From: a virus
Lineage: Duplodnaviria; Caudoviricetes
Virus record (IMG/VR): IMGVR_UViG_3300025000_000057
Strand: one strand, 5' to 3'
DNA length: 64,000 bases
Within the stretch, counting starts at the first letter, position 1, and the number at the start of each line of letters is the position of its first letter. Both the position numbers and the translations under genes were made by a program. The notes below the pieces were generated by a model. That model was not told the origin of the DNA and ran no database searches. It saw only the letters and a program-made list of their open reading frames with translations. Below, piece after piece: positions 20,301 to 27,935 of the stretch.

Positions 20301-23300
20301 GACCATAATTCCTTGCCGTAACACGACTATAATTCGTTTCACAAGGAGCTACCGTAGCTATCGATTCGTCACTAGAACTCCATATAATATTCTTATTTGT
20401 AGCATCACTCGGAGTTATGGAATAATATACATTCATCGTATCAATACCCAAGTTGGCAGGGTAAACACCGAATGTATATGAAGATAAATTAAGACTAAAA
20501 CTTATAACTGCTGTCGTTACGGTAATAATACAAGTATCATTTAAATAAGATCCGTCACTAGTTCTTGCCGTAATGATACAGGTACCTATACTTACACCTC
20601 GTACTACTCCGTTACTATCTACAGTAGCGACATTTGTATTATCACTACTCCATGCGAGAATCTTGTTAGTAGCGTCAACGGGTAATATAGTATGCATTAA
20701 CGTATGTGTCTGATCAATTCTTAAAGATTGCATCTCTTGATTTAAATACATGTTGGTTATAGGAATCGCAACCGGATCGGGTGGTAATACCGTAACGTAA
20801 ATACCGGTGTTTACGTTCGTATCAGCATTACATGTAAGACTAATATAACCACTCCCAGCATGTATAGCTGTTATTACTCTATTTTGATCAATATTAACGA
20901 TATCGGGATTTGCATTATACCAAGTAATGCTTTTATCCGTAGTATAAATTGGATATACATCGTATTCTAATGTAAATACCTCGTTAATTCTTAAAGAAAG
21001 TTCATAAACGTTTAAAACTATATTTCTTGGAAGAACCGGTGGAACAATTACTGGTTCAACAAATAAGGTATTTGGTAGTTTTATAACTGGAACTACATGA
21101 TGTAGTTCATCAACATTGACATAATACTCCTCACCATAAGAAGTGCTAGGACAGAAAATACCCTGTGTTGTAGTTCTACCGCTCATTATCCATAACGAAG
21201 GTATGTCTTTAAAAACAAGATTCATTAAATCGCTACCGTCGTCTGGAATTGTTATCTTATAATCAGCATCGTAATCATCAGCAATTAAGATTAGATTTTG
21301 TTCATCAGTAGTAAATGTATTATAGAAATTATTATTGAGATAGTAAGCTACATTGTCAGGATCGGTTGGAATATACTCCACCTCGTCACCTGGACTTTTA
21401 TCAAATGCCATAGGAGGTAACGGAGTTTTTAACATAGCCTCACAACTAGTAGAATCGGGATGATTAACGAATATCCATGATCTACCAGAGAATATAAATT
21501 CATCTCCTGCTCTAAAATCGGTTATACGTACGTATCCGGGCGGCCCTTGTATTACAGTAACACTCATGCTATCACTTGCATGTGAGGCATCATTGGCCGT
21601 AATAGTAATATTACAAGTACCTACACCTACAGCTTTTATTCTTCCGGTAATACTATCTACAGTAGCTATACTAGTATTAGAACTACTCCATGTAACACTC
21701 CTATCTGTAGGATTAGTAGGTAACATTTCATATCCAGGACTAGAGTATCTACCTATTTCTAAATATAAACTACTTATATTAAGAGTTATACTATCTACCA
21801 AAACGATACTGGTATCTACTTTCTCTACAAGCATAGTCTTGTTCAAGTAAATTTGCGGAACAACATGACACGGTGAAGTAACATTAGTATATATATTCTC
21901 GCCTGGACTACCTGGATAATAAGCATATCTTCCACCTATACCGTAACTCCAACTCCAAAGTGAAGGTATGTTCTTATAAACATTATCAAAAAGTTCTTTA
22001 TAACTAGCAGCACTAGGTAGTTCTACTTTAGAACAAAATGTAGGATTAATAAGTAAACCTTTTTCCTCTACTGTAAACGTATTATAGAAAGTATGGTTAA
22101 GATAGTAAGCTATATTATCAGAATCATCTGGATTATAATATTTGTCATTTACATCATTATCAAATGCCATAGGGGCTAATGGAGTTTTTAATATAACCCT
22201 ATCATATGTAGTAACCTCTTCGAGAAGTATCCATACTCTACCTGAGAATATGAATTGATCCCCTTCTTCTAGTTCACTTAATGGTAAGATTTCATTAGCT
22301 TTGCTACTGAATATGGGTTCTTTTATTATATCTATAGATACCGGTTCTATTATAGATTCTGCAGCTGTAGAAATCGTTACAGTACCATATTCATTAATAG
22401 TTACATGAACCCATAAAAGCGTACCCTGGCCCGGCTTGCCAACTGCTATATTAGTCTCTCCCGGACTCATACCGTATACAACACCATCACTAGTGACGAT
22501 AGCTATGTTAGGATGACTACTGGTAAACTCGACAAGATGGTTTATATTACGAGAACTACCGTCGCTATACTCTTCTATTATTTCAAGTCGCTGTCCAGTA
22601 TTAATATTCTTTAGCAGCTTAGATAATGAGTAAACAAGTAACTTATTATCCTGATCGTTAGATATACTAAGACGTACAGGGTTATCAAATATATAGGAGC
22701 CGAGTTGTGTAGCTATAGGTGTAGTATCAAATAGAGTTTCAAGCCGGGAGCTAATATCTGTTGTGATATCGGTTAGTCCCGTCCAGGTAACGGTAAAGTT
22801 ATCATCATAAATAGTAATCTTGGCGCTATTTAATATAGACAAGATATTACTTGGTACTATGGTACCGCCATGATCGATATAACGCGACAGAATTTCACCA
22901 AGTGTTAAATTAATATATAAGTCATTACCAATTTGAACATGAGCTATTTGTGGCGTACCTGTAATAGTAGGCAGCCATAAATACATAATCCCTTCTCTGT
23001 CGGTAATCTCGTAACTTTTATTACCCGTATCTACCTTTAAGGTATATGAGACAAGAGCGAAATCATCTACTATCATTTCCCAATTTATCCCACTTGCTAA
23101 TACATCATCGACAATTCTTTGGACACCTATACTATCAAAGTTAATATTGACAGTATAATCAATATCACTTGAATCACAACTCTGATAGAAAACGTCGGAA
23201 GTTACTTTAATATTAGCAGATATTTTATCAGTAACTTGACCACAAACATCTATGACAGCTCGTGCTTCCGGTATTGCCTTTAGTATTAGTTTGAGCTGAC

Positions 23301-24840
23301 CGGGGTCGTAATTATAATAATTACCTTGTGTGTAAAACTGATAAGGTAGTATTTTAACAGGGTAATAATTAAACCCTTTTAATACTTTTCTTTCTACATC
23401 TAATACAATTTCAAATGCTGTATAACTAGAGATACAGTTGTGACCAAGATTATCAACATATTGCTTAACCCACGAATCTGTTACATACCAATCAGTACTA
23501 CTTGCCATAGCGGATACAGGTAACTGAGCTTCGTCAGAGAGATATTGCTCCATCGTATCAATAATAGGGGCACTATTAGCCTTTGTAAGAATTCCCTTTA
23601 CAAATAGATCAAGACCATCACCTACACCACTTTTGAAAGCTTTAATACGTCCTTGTGGTATATAGTGAGCATTATGTTCAATTGGACACTCAACAATTGG
23701 TTTAAATGTCATAGATACTAATTGGATAAATACGATATCCGATAGTTCACTTACTCCGAACTCGTTATAAGCCTGGAGACGTCTTCTATAAGTAATATCG
23801 GTATCAAGATTCTCTTCGCTGAAATACCCAACGCCGCCAGGTATATTATGAAGTATTGTGCCATCTTCATCACAAATATAAAATTCATCTACATTACCAT
23901 TATCAATCCATTGATAAACAATGGAGTTAGGCCCGGATGCAGACCCGTTAAGACTTGGCTTACTTGGCTTTAATTCATGTACAGTATCAGGAATAACTAC
24001 GACTGCCTCATTAGTAAATTCACTTGTCTGCTCATCCGTAACCACTCTTAACCTTCTGCTATAAATACCTGGCACGAGTTCTATCTCTGTACAACTACAA
24101 TTATCGCTATCAAATGATTTTAACAATTCGTCGGTTATACCATCATATAAGTTGTAGTGACCTTTAGGGCCCGTGTAATTCCAACTCCACAGAATACCCG
24201 ATAAACTAAGACAACGTCCCTTTAAACCGTAAGGAGAGCTATCTGATATAGAAGGTAATGTTATATCAGCAAAAGTACTGGCAATTCCCATACCGGCAGA
24301 ATTATACCCGGCAACTTTTCTTTTAATCGTCCGTCCATTACAAGTCACCGGTTCTATCCACTCGCTACTATTCTTGGGAAGTTCCTTTAATATCGTATTA
24401 TTCTCATCTAGGATACAATACTTTTGCTCGTTTAATATATCAGACCATGTCCACCTAACACCGCTATAATCCGGTAGCAGCACTCCGGTAAAGTTTGCCG
24501 GCGCGAGAGGCGGTGCGACAATAGGAGTGTAGTATCCATAAATATACTCGTTACTTTTAGCTGTTGCTATTTGTCCATCAGAAAAACAGACCGCGACAGG
24601 TACCATACTATCGGTCAAATGGATGTAATATTGATTAACATTAATGTTTTCAGCATTTAGTTTATGCTTAGTGGCAAATTCATCTATAGCCGGTTTTAAA
24701 AGTTCACCTACGGTTAAATTACTAAGCTTAATCTTAGATAATTCTGTTACCGTATTATCTACCTGCGCAGGTAGCTCTACGGTAATGTAAATACTCCCGG
24801 GTGTAATTTCGGCATATATATGAGCTACGAAGTAGTTCAC
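14392..24840 (-). CDS. Giant tail/baseplate adhesin (3482 aa): FN3-like domains, about 9 Big_2 Ig repeats, two DUF6273-like domains, YPGG low-complexity tract, C-terminal Big_1/invasin-like domain
   Basis: GTG start with GGGGGTG RBS. Repeated P.(N/D)ATNK..TWSS.N..VATV motifs, duplicated GD.FIFSGR.W...LKTPL.PMAFD domain, C-terminal IFAIVRDEFGNPIPHEPVSF. Confidence 0.75.
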   Translation of the reverse strand: MNYFVAHIYAEITPGSIYITVELPAQVDNTVTELSKIKLSNLTVGELLKPAIDEFATKHKLNAENINVNQYYIHLTDSMVPVAVCFSDGQIATAKSNEYIYGYYTPIVAPPLAPANFTGVLLPDYSGVRWTWSDILNEQKYCILDENNTILKELPKNSSEWIEPVTCNGRTIKRKVAGYNSAGMGIASTFADITLPSISDSSPYGLKGRCLSLSGILWSWNYTGPKGHYNLYDGITDELLKSFDSDNCSCTEIELVPGIYSRRLRVVTDEQTSEFTNEAVVVIPDTVHELKPSKPSLNGSASGPNSIVYQWIDNGNVDEFYICDEDGTILHNIPGGVGYFSEENLDTDITYRRRLQAYNEFGVSELSDIVFIQLVSMTFKPIVECPIEHNAHYIPQGRIKAFKSGVGDGLDLFVKGILTKANSAPIIDTMEQYLSDEAQLPVSAMASSTDWYVTDSWVKQYVDNLGHNCISSYTAFEIVLDVERKVLKGFNYYPVKILPYQFYTQGNYYNYDPGQLKLILKAIPEARAVIDVCGQVTDKISANIKVTSDVFYQSCDSSDIDYTVNINFDSIGVQRIVDDVLASGINWEMIVDDFALVSYTLKVDTGNKSYEITDREGIMYLWLPTITGTPQIAHVQIGNDLYINLTLGEILSRYIDHGGTIVPSNILSILNSAKITIYDDNFTVTWTGLTDITTDISSRLETLFDTTPIATQLGSYIFDNPVRLSISNDQDNKLLVYSLSKLLKNINTGQRLEIIEEYSDGSSRNINHLVEFTSSHPNIAIVTSDGVVYGMSPGETNIAVGKPGQGTLLWVHVTINEYGTVTISTAAESIIEPVSIDIIKEPIFSSKANEILPLSELEEGDQFIFSGRVWILLEEVTTYDRVILKTPLAPMAFDNDVNDKYYNPDDSDNIAYYLNHTFYNTFTVEEKGLLINPTFCSKVELPSAASYKELFDNVYKNIPSLWSWSYGIGGRYAYYPGSPGENIYTNVTSPCHVVPQIYLNKTMLVEKVDTSIVLVDSITLNISSLYLEIGRYSSPGYEMLPTNPTDRSVTWSSSNTSIATVDSITGRIKAVGVGTCNITITANDASHASDSMSVTVIQGPPGYVRITDFRAGDEFIFSGRSWIFVNHPDSTSCEAMLKTPLPPMAFDKSPGDEVEYIPTDPDNVAYYLNNNFYNTFTTDEQNLILIADDYDADYKITIPDDGSDLMNLVFKDIPSLWIMSGRTTTQGIFCPSTSYGEEYYVNVDELHHVVPVIKLPNTLFVEPVIVPPVLPRNIVLNVYELSLRINEVFTLEYDVYPIYTTDKSITWYNANPDIVNIDQNRVITAIHAGSGYISLTCNADTNVNTGIYVTVLPPDPVAIPITNMYLNQEMQSLRIDQTHTLMHTILPVDATNKILAWSSDNTNVATVDSNGVVRGVSIGTCIITARTSDGSYLNDTCIITVTTAVISFSLNLSSYTFGVYPANLGIDTMNVYYSITPSDATNKNIIWSSSDESIATVAPCETNYSRVTARNYGQCIITGTTEDGGLTDSIVVTIVDPTIHVTNVWINPEYVDTVSNQSYITLSLGILPFNAADRSVTWSTSNSNVAVPDPNVSGRINIIGPGECTITVRTNDGGLTDSSIITVTPAIYVTGITLTPDRIDTNIGQSSVMLTATVSPSNATNKSITWSTSNSNVVVPDSAVSGKVNITGPGECLVTVRTDDGGFTDSSLINVDSRIPVTWISVAPGIATLSRFETQALTATIYPTNATNKNVRWSSDNPIVATVDDNGIVTGAWYGYCTIIATTEDGEYTDTCVVSIPYIGITNIETEYEAIYCNITESVNLFNYVNIYPANATEQIVWHCDIPGIISIDEYGNITCISGGSVRITGTCTNGTQVSFEFTVDTTLVPTLVRVIAVPASITLPAGVGVTIPSYMKLNVKGVTLNWTRKDVLSFGLFGDNVLGWWSGDIIEVPEHHVKTYVSTISDVYDWRGPAVGPLFGSEINGPLNVFGITVKEIIANEFPDIDQNTVTNIKVDGHGINNDMVVVFMDEDYVWAYTTGQKDSCHVPYRFAWSVDMIGSDGITTYNVNVGPFYSEITKCNQLHKITGHSLRRHINEKALAALKASYPNFNISPLELVDVTLTPRMPVDVFWKLDETERVTVWTTHETFVSNYQHTYPVILDKDIIITPDSTSDNPLNVSINTLTELFIDWYNNSPIYYPFAKPLSYTIAIGSTEWGRRKLKFDTIQPVPDPEGIWDPNNSSPLEIWYDGIGTYTGQATGVECKAKRDEDGIVHVFTSNGISLVNSTGEVYSGEEVVKWSAHIQDSNGLGLLSWAADNQVDLSTLFTGVIASIWFRNLPGAVTNEINLASSEPIEVEYVVKDQVTIPWSLDVNVEYSVAVASSYGGIAFTSISNPNVPLSSAYRRVLPTESIIAHVEEVSRIETGILKSDVKVARINGLEPFNQNGSGWVPFEGVCNAPEPLNNWFNVKYGVMFPDIVLPDINLEFFWNNYNNYNTVPVNGESFTIKYYHIELKPDGYEKSWVEQILKRTKENMYCCGCAAGFDSYGIGGGSIGGSIGGSYPGGAIGGGTGSYPGGIGYPGGYPGNYPGAYPGGYPGGGSYSGGYYTTPVAPGSIYAPVKPWISPGGQNLPGGTDISWENGLIRIRIPSYPGEDFDINLNTDDPNIEFEIDHIDESEPGWRTYYLNLKTIIPELGRWNPLIKSGYYYLGSDEYYLFVDTRPEAKPIVIKEFDTESIKLEIIFETDAEQNADSQVIGHVVENFAAGVTTGGVIINNENKSLTLNQSNTGWQAGIFTSDWISVSSGIQEWKYFEAKGYIPQGSLNTEVRFKVNGEISNWYLIANGTKPLVPMGTEIQYRLIMQQGTIQVPNNTEFAWDGNMLSDIECHNVVINDEGYITAQDLLSDMVLISNPISSESLSKFIHKWDILWIDGWVPEGSILELNTSTSSSIMGPWNEWVLVDDVTGFIKSTQEPYIKWKVVARKGDGRQAPVIERIVLGAVATMEDIFPPYIGSVRIELSRPQGIYPTDVKINKSAALKTDGLFYDITEGKTLKQMVDEYIYLNEAEYENVRRYRVFGPVGVEFRYDSNGTTSVHAAIKEVRKIDVTITDNFVLDTANEIEVYPVPRQGAPIVVYDNREEPLRQVFFTDSDGKPTLINTEIIIGDGTNRVDLAHMGIDPNSLDIAIDWTGFDKWESVDIEDVILYDSIIWLAYKVSENTKIRVRYCLTGSFYVDYNYKPENDLIKIKVYDPVLGLDRKIKVYYETNNWSSYYKAEEVNLNPIMSIEEGRFLFISDRIPVPTTIDIHVSPDTLLGNGIDQASIFAIVRDEFGNPIPHEPVSFTSTDGVVTPANTETNFNGVAIAKYIVPSKVITQAKQIVIKAHATGVETSKVVKLSPEAITGKLIITGPSILSSGVATLTITGTDGNYQPLNGDIKVVIGNKIHIYQLVSGKVGVEIPYETIPNKNKKLLIKAIKDNLITSFVMYVV
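24759..24774. repeat. 16-bp perfect palindrome near the 5' end of a CDS
   Basis: CTACCTGCGCAGGTAG; nt 67-82 of gene 14392-24840. Confidence 0.85.
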
Positions 24841-24843
24841 TTA

Positions 24844-25971
24844 TTATTCACCCCCGTAATTCTCCCAACCCTTAACAGAACCATCACAAAAGCTAGGTAT
24901 ACAGGCAGTTCCAGAATTACTCGGATCGAAAGAATCCCATACTCCCTGGTTCCACCTGAATTGTCCCCATTCTATGGGAACTCGATCTTTCACAAGCTGC
25001 ACGTAATAACGAAGTCTTTTAGTAGCATCGCCATCTGGTATGAATAGCTCATTCATAAACTCTCTATCAGACATATCCCAGAATAACCTTAAGTCTATAC
25101 CTGCTGCATAAGTAACTACTCTTTTATATCCTTCAAATAATGGATCTCCAAGAAGTATTACTCGACCTCCAGAATCTATTTCATATTCGTAAGATTCTAT
25201 TAACCGGTCGTCAATCATTATAGTATGCTCTGCTAAATACGGGCGACGGAGTATTAAATCTTTGCCGCCATTATGCCACACTTCCTTATACTTTAAAAGT
25301 AATTCCCTGGCTAATCCGTTAATCATTCCATATTTATTAGCACTTCCAGGAAACCTCATCACATCTAGAATACGTTCTTTATAAGAGGCATTCCTTTCCC
25401 CGTAAATACGAGGACAGGATAAGAGTAAACCAAATTCGTCAAAGAAGTTCCATACGTGATGAAGAGAAAGTTTTAGGTTTTCATTAGCTAGTCTTTCACC
25501 GTTTTGCGAGTATATAGCAATCTGTACTTGTCCTTCTGGATGGTTATCATCTATATTGTAAGTATGTCTGGTGTATATAATCTTAGTTTCCCAATCGATG
25601 TAATAGGTATTCTGAAGTAATAACTCTGGTGTAAATGTAGATTCTGTACTAAATCCTGAGAAGAACTCATCTAAAGTCTTAGCGGGTTCGAGTTGAATAG
25701 CATCTACCGATGCTATTGTGATCAAGAAATCTTTATTTAATGATGCCGGCAATGTAGTTCTGTAACAAATATCGGCCTGGCCTATATCTGCCGTCAAGAC
25801 ATGAATTTGCCTCAATGCGTAATTTAAAACGTATTCAGCTTCGTCGATTTCCATGCCTACAATGTTTAAGAAGTAGGCGCCAATAGATTCTTGAGGTTTC
25901 TTTTTAATCTTCCACCAGTAGGGAAGTTTTCCCACGATATTCGAAGTAGCTTTAGCAAATCTCTCTGCCAT
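24844..25971 (-). CDS. Baseplate wedge-like protein (375 aa)
   Basis: ORF with GGGGGT RBS. The motif WNFFDEFGLLLSCPRIYGERNASYKERILDV resembles the D..G...G..R...E....YR.RI motif of baseplate wedge proteins. Confidence 0.6.
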   Translation of the reverse strand: MAERFAKATSNIVGKLPYWWKIKKKPQESIGAYFLNIVGMEIDEAEYVLNYALRQIHVLTADIGQADICYRTTLPASLNKDFLITIASVDAIQLEPAKTLDEFFSGFSTESTFTPELLLQNTYYIDWETKIIYTRHTYNIDDNHPEGQVQIAIYSQNGERLANENLKLSLHHVWNFFDEFGLLLSCPRIYGERNASYKERILDVMRFPGSANKYGMINGLARELLLKYKEVWHNGGKDLILRRPYLAEHTIMIDDRLIESYEYEIDSGGRVILLGDPLFEGYKRVVTYAAGIDLRLFWDMSDREFMNELFIPDGDATKRLRYYVQLVKDRVPIEWGQFRWNQGVWDSFDPSNSGTACIPSFCDGSVKGWENYGGE

Positions 25972-25991
25972 ATAAAGACCCCCATATAGAA

Positions 25992-26013
25992 ACAGTCCAT
26001 TATAATGGACTGT
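25992..26013. terminator. 22-bp perfect palindrome in an intergenic gap (terminator-like or operator)
   Basis: ACAGTCCATTATAATGGACTGT equals its own reverse complement and lies between the 26080 stop and the 25971 start. It is followed on the minus strand by TTCTAT, a weak U-tract. Confidence 0.5.
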
Positions 26014-26079
26014 AATAAATAGTAATATTCGCTTTGTCTCTATTTATAAAGATACTACCACTAATCGGGTAGTAATTGA

Positions 26080-27933
26080 CTATAACCAGGCTATTATTAA
26101 CGAAGTGTATCTCGCTCGTCTACCGGCAAGCATTCTCTGTACATTACCAAAGATATCTCGTTTATAATTAGGTACCTTGTCTGAATATACATCCTCTTCA
26201 ACAATACCTATACATGGATCTTCTATGGTAGTACCTATTACTAGATCTAGTATAGTACCTTCAGATAGGTAATGACTATAAGGTATGATTATCTCCTCGT
26301 GTACTTCCTCAATAACATCATCGGTATAATCATTAGGTTTAAGATCTCCAAAGATTATTGTCTCGATAAGGCCTGTATACTCGTACTTCTCGAAACTGGG
26401 TAACTGTATATCACCATCTAGCCAATCATCACACGACATACCAGCTATATATTGAAGTTTACCGCTAGTTAATACTGATAGTTTAAGACCTGGTAAAAGT
26501 ATATCATTAACCGGTAAATCAATTATACTGGCACTTTCCAGTAATAACTGGGTTATTACTTTACAGATAGGTTGCCAATCTCCGAGTAGTAAGCCAGGAG
26601 TTATCATACCATCAAAAGCTAGGTTACCACCTGTCTGTATAATATTGTTAAGATTTTCTACTACAGATGTAATATCCATGACGACTTTAGATAAATTCCC
26701 GCAAAGAATGTCTGAAAGATATCCTTTGGAGGTTTTAATACGTTTCTTAAAGGTAATCTGTAGATATATGCGCTTTGTATAAAACTCTATCTCGTCTAAA
26801 ATAGATCCCCAGTTACCATTCTGGCTTAGTTGAATTCTGAGATAACGTTTACTCGTATTAATTTCGTATGAGAATCCCATTCCGTATGGAGGATTATTGT
26901 ATATGACCCATGGTACAATAATAGTCCAATTGATACCGTCTTCCGAAACAGATATCTGATAGTTCGATGAAGCTTCGTCTCTCGCCTTTGGATATATAAC
27001 AATAGTTTTTATAGGGTTATATCTTAACCAGTTTATTATTGCTCCGAAATCGAAAGTTAATGTTGCGGCCCCTTCACTAAGCCAGTAATGATATCCATCA
27101 CTATAGGAAAGAATACTGCCATTAAACATATTCCCCATATAATAAAAACCATTATTTATCCATACTCTTGCTGTACTATTTACCGTAACACCATTTGGTG
27201 CTATATAAGTCCGTTCCCCGCTACGACCTCCGTTACCATTAGATAAATCTAGTTTACTCATGATAAAGTTCTGATTAAAATATATCCCTATCTTATAGTC
27301 AACGGTTTCAAGTATGTGATACGTAGCATCGAATTTAGGAGTCGAAGTAATTACCGTATTCTCCATAAAAACCGAAGGACTAGAAGGAGCTACTAGTTTA
27401 ATATCACCATAGCAATTCTTAAAAACTATACGATTAATATCGTACGGATTAAAACATTCTATTGTATTTACCATTAAGTCGAATAAACAGTTAGTAAATC
27501 GTAACCATCCGCTTATGATAATAAAATCGGAATAAACAATATTGAAGAAGTTTCTAAAGACAACAAAATCGAATTCTATCTTACTATCATTACCTAGATA
27601 GAAGTAGTTAGCATAGGATTCTGTTCCTCTGGTTTCGAATATAAGATTACTAAATTTGCAATTGCTGTTAAAGTCAAAGTAACCCCATCCGCCGGTACAG
27701 CGTTTATAGCCTGGATCAAAGATTAGAATAGTATTAATTCCTTCACCTACAATTGTAATATTATAGGCGGAATAGGCAAGTTGAGTAAGGGTATAAACTC
27801 CTATGGCAAGATGGATAGTACTTTCTATAGGATCTGCCATAGACCATGCTTTGTTTATTGTCAGATAAGGATGTCCAATAGAACCATCGTTACTATCGCT
27901 ACCGGTTATGGAGTTAACGTATATATCGATCAT
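26080..27933 (-). CDS. Receptor-binding/carbohydrate-binding protein (617 aa): DUF1565-like parallel beta-helix N-terminus plus F5/8-type-C (discoidin) domain
   Basis: ATG 27933 has an AGGAG RBS. Motifs IYVNSITGSDSNDGSIGHPYLTINKA and LTFDFG...NYQISVSEDGINWT...KRYLRIQL...LDEIEFY. Confidence 0.65.
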   Translation of the reverse strand: MIDIYVNSITGSDSNDGSIGHPYLTINKAWSMADPIESTIHLAIGVYTLTQLAYSAYNITIVGEGINTILIFDPGYKRCTGGWGYFDFNSNCKFSNLIFETRGTESYANYFYLGNDSKIEFDFVVFRNFFNIVYSDFIIISGWLRFTNCLFDLMVNTIECFNPYDINRIVFKNCYGDIKLVAPSSPSVFMENTVITSTPKFDATYHILETVDYKIGIYFNQNFIMSKLDLSNGNGGRSGERTYIAPNGVTVNSTARVWINNGFYYMGNMFNGSILSYSDGYHYWLSEGAATLTFDFGAIINWLRYNPIKTIVIYPKARDEASSNYQISVSEDGINWTIIVPWVIYNNPPYGMGFSYEINTSKRYLRIQLSQNGNWGSILDEIEFYTKRIYLQITFKKRIKTSKGYLSDILCGNLSKVVMDITSVVENLNNIIQTGGNLAFDGMITPGLLLGDWQPICKVITQLLLESASIIDLPVNDILLPGLKLSVLTSGKLQYIAGMSCDDWLDGDIQLPSFEKYEYTGLIETIIFGDLKPNDYTDDVIEEVHEEIIIPYSHYLSEGTILDLVIGTTIEDPCIGIVEEDVYSDKVPNYKRDIFGNVQRMLAGRRARYTSLIIAWL

Positions 27934-27935
27934 TA

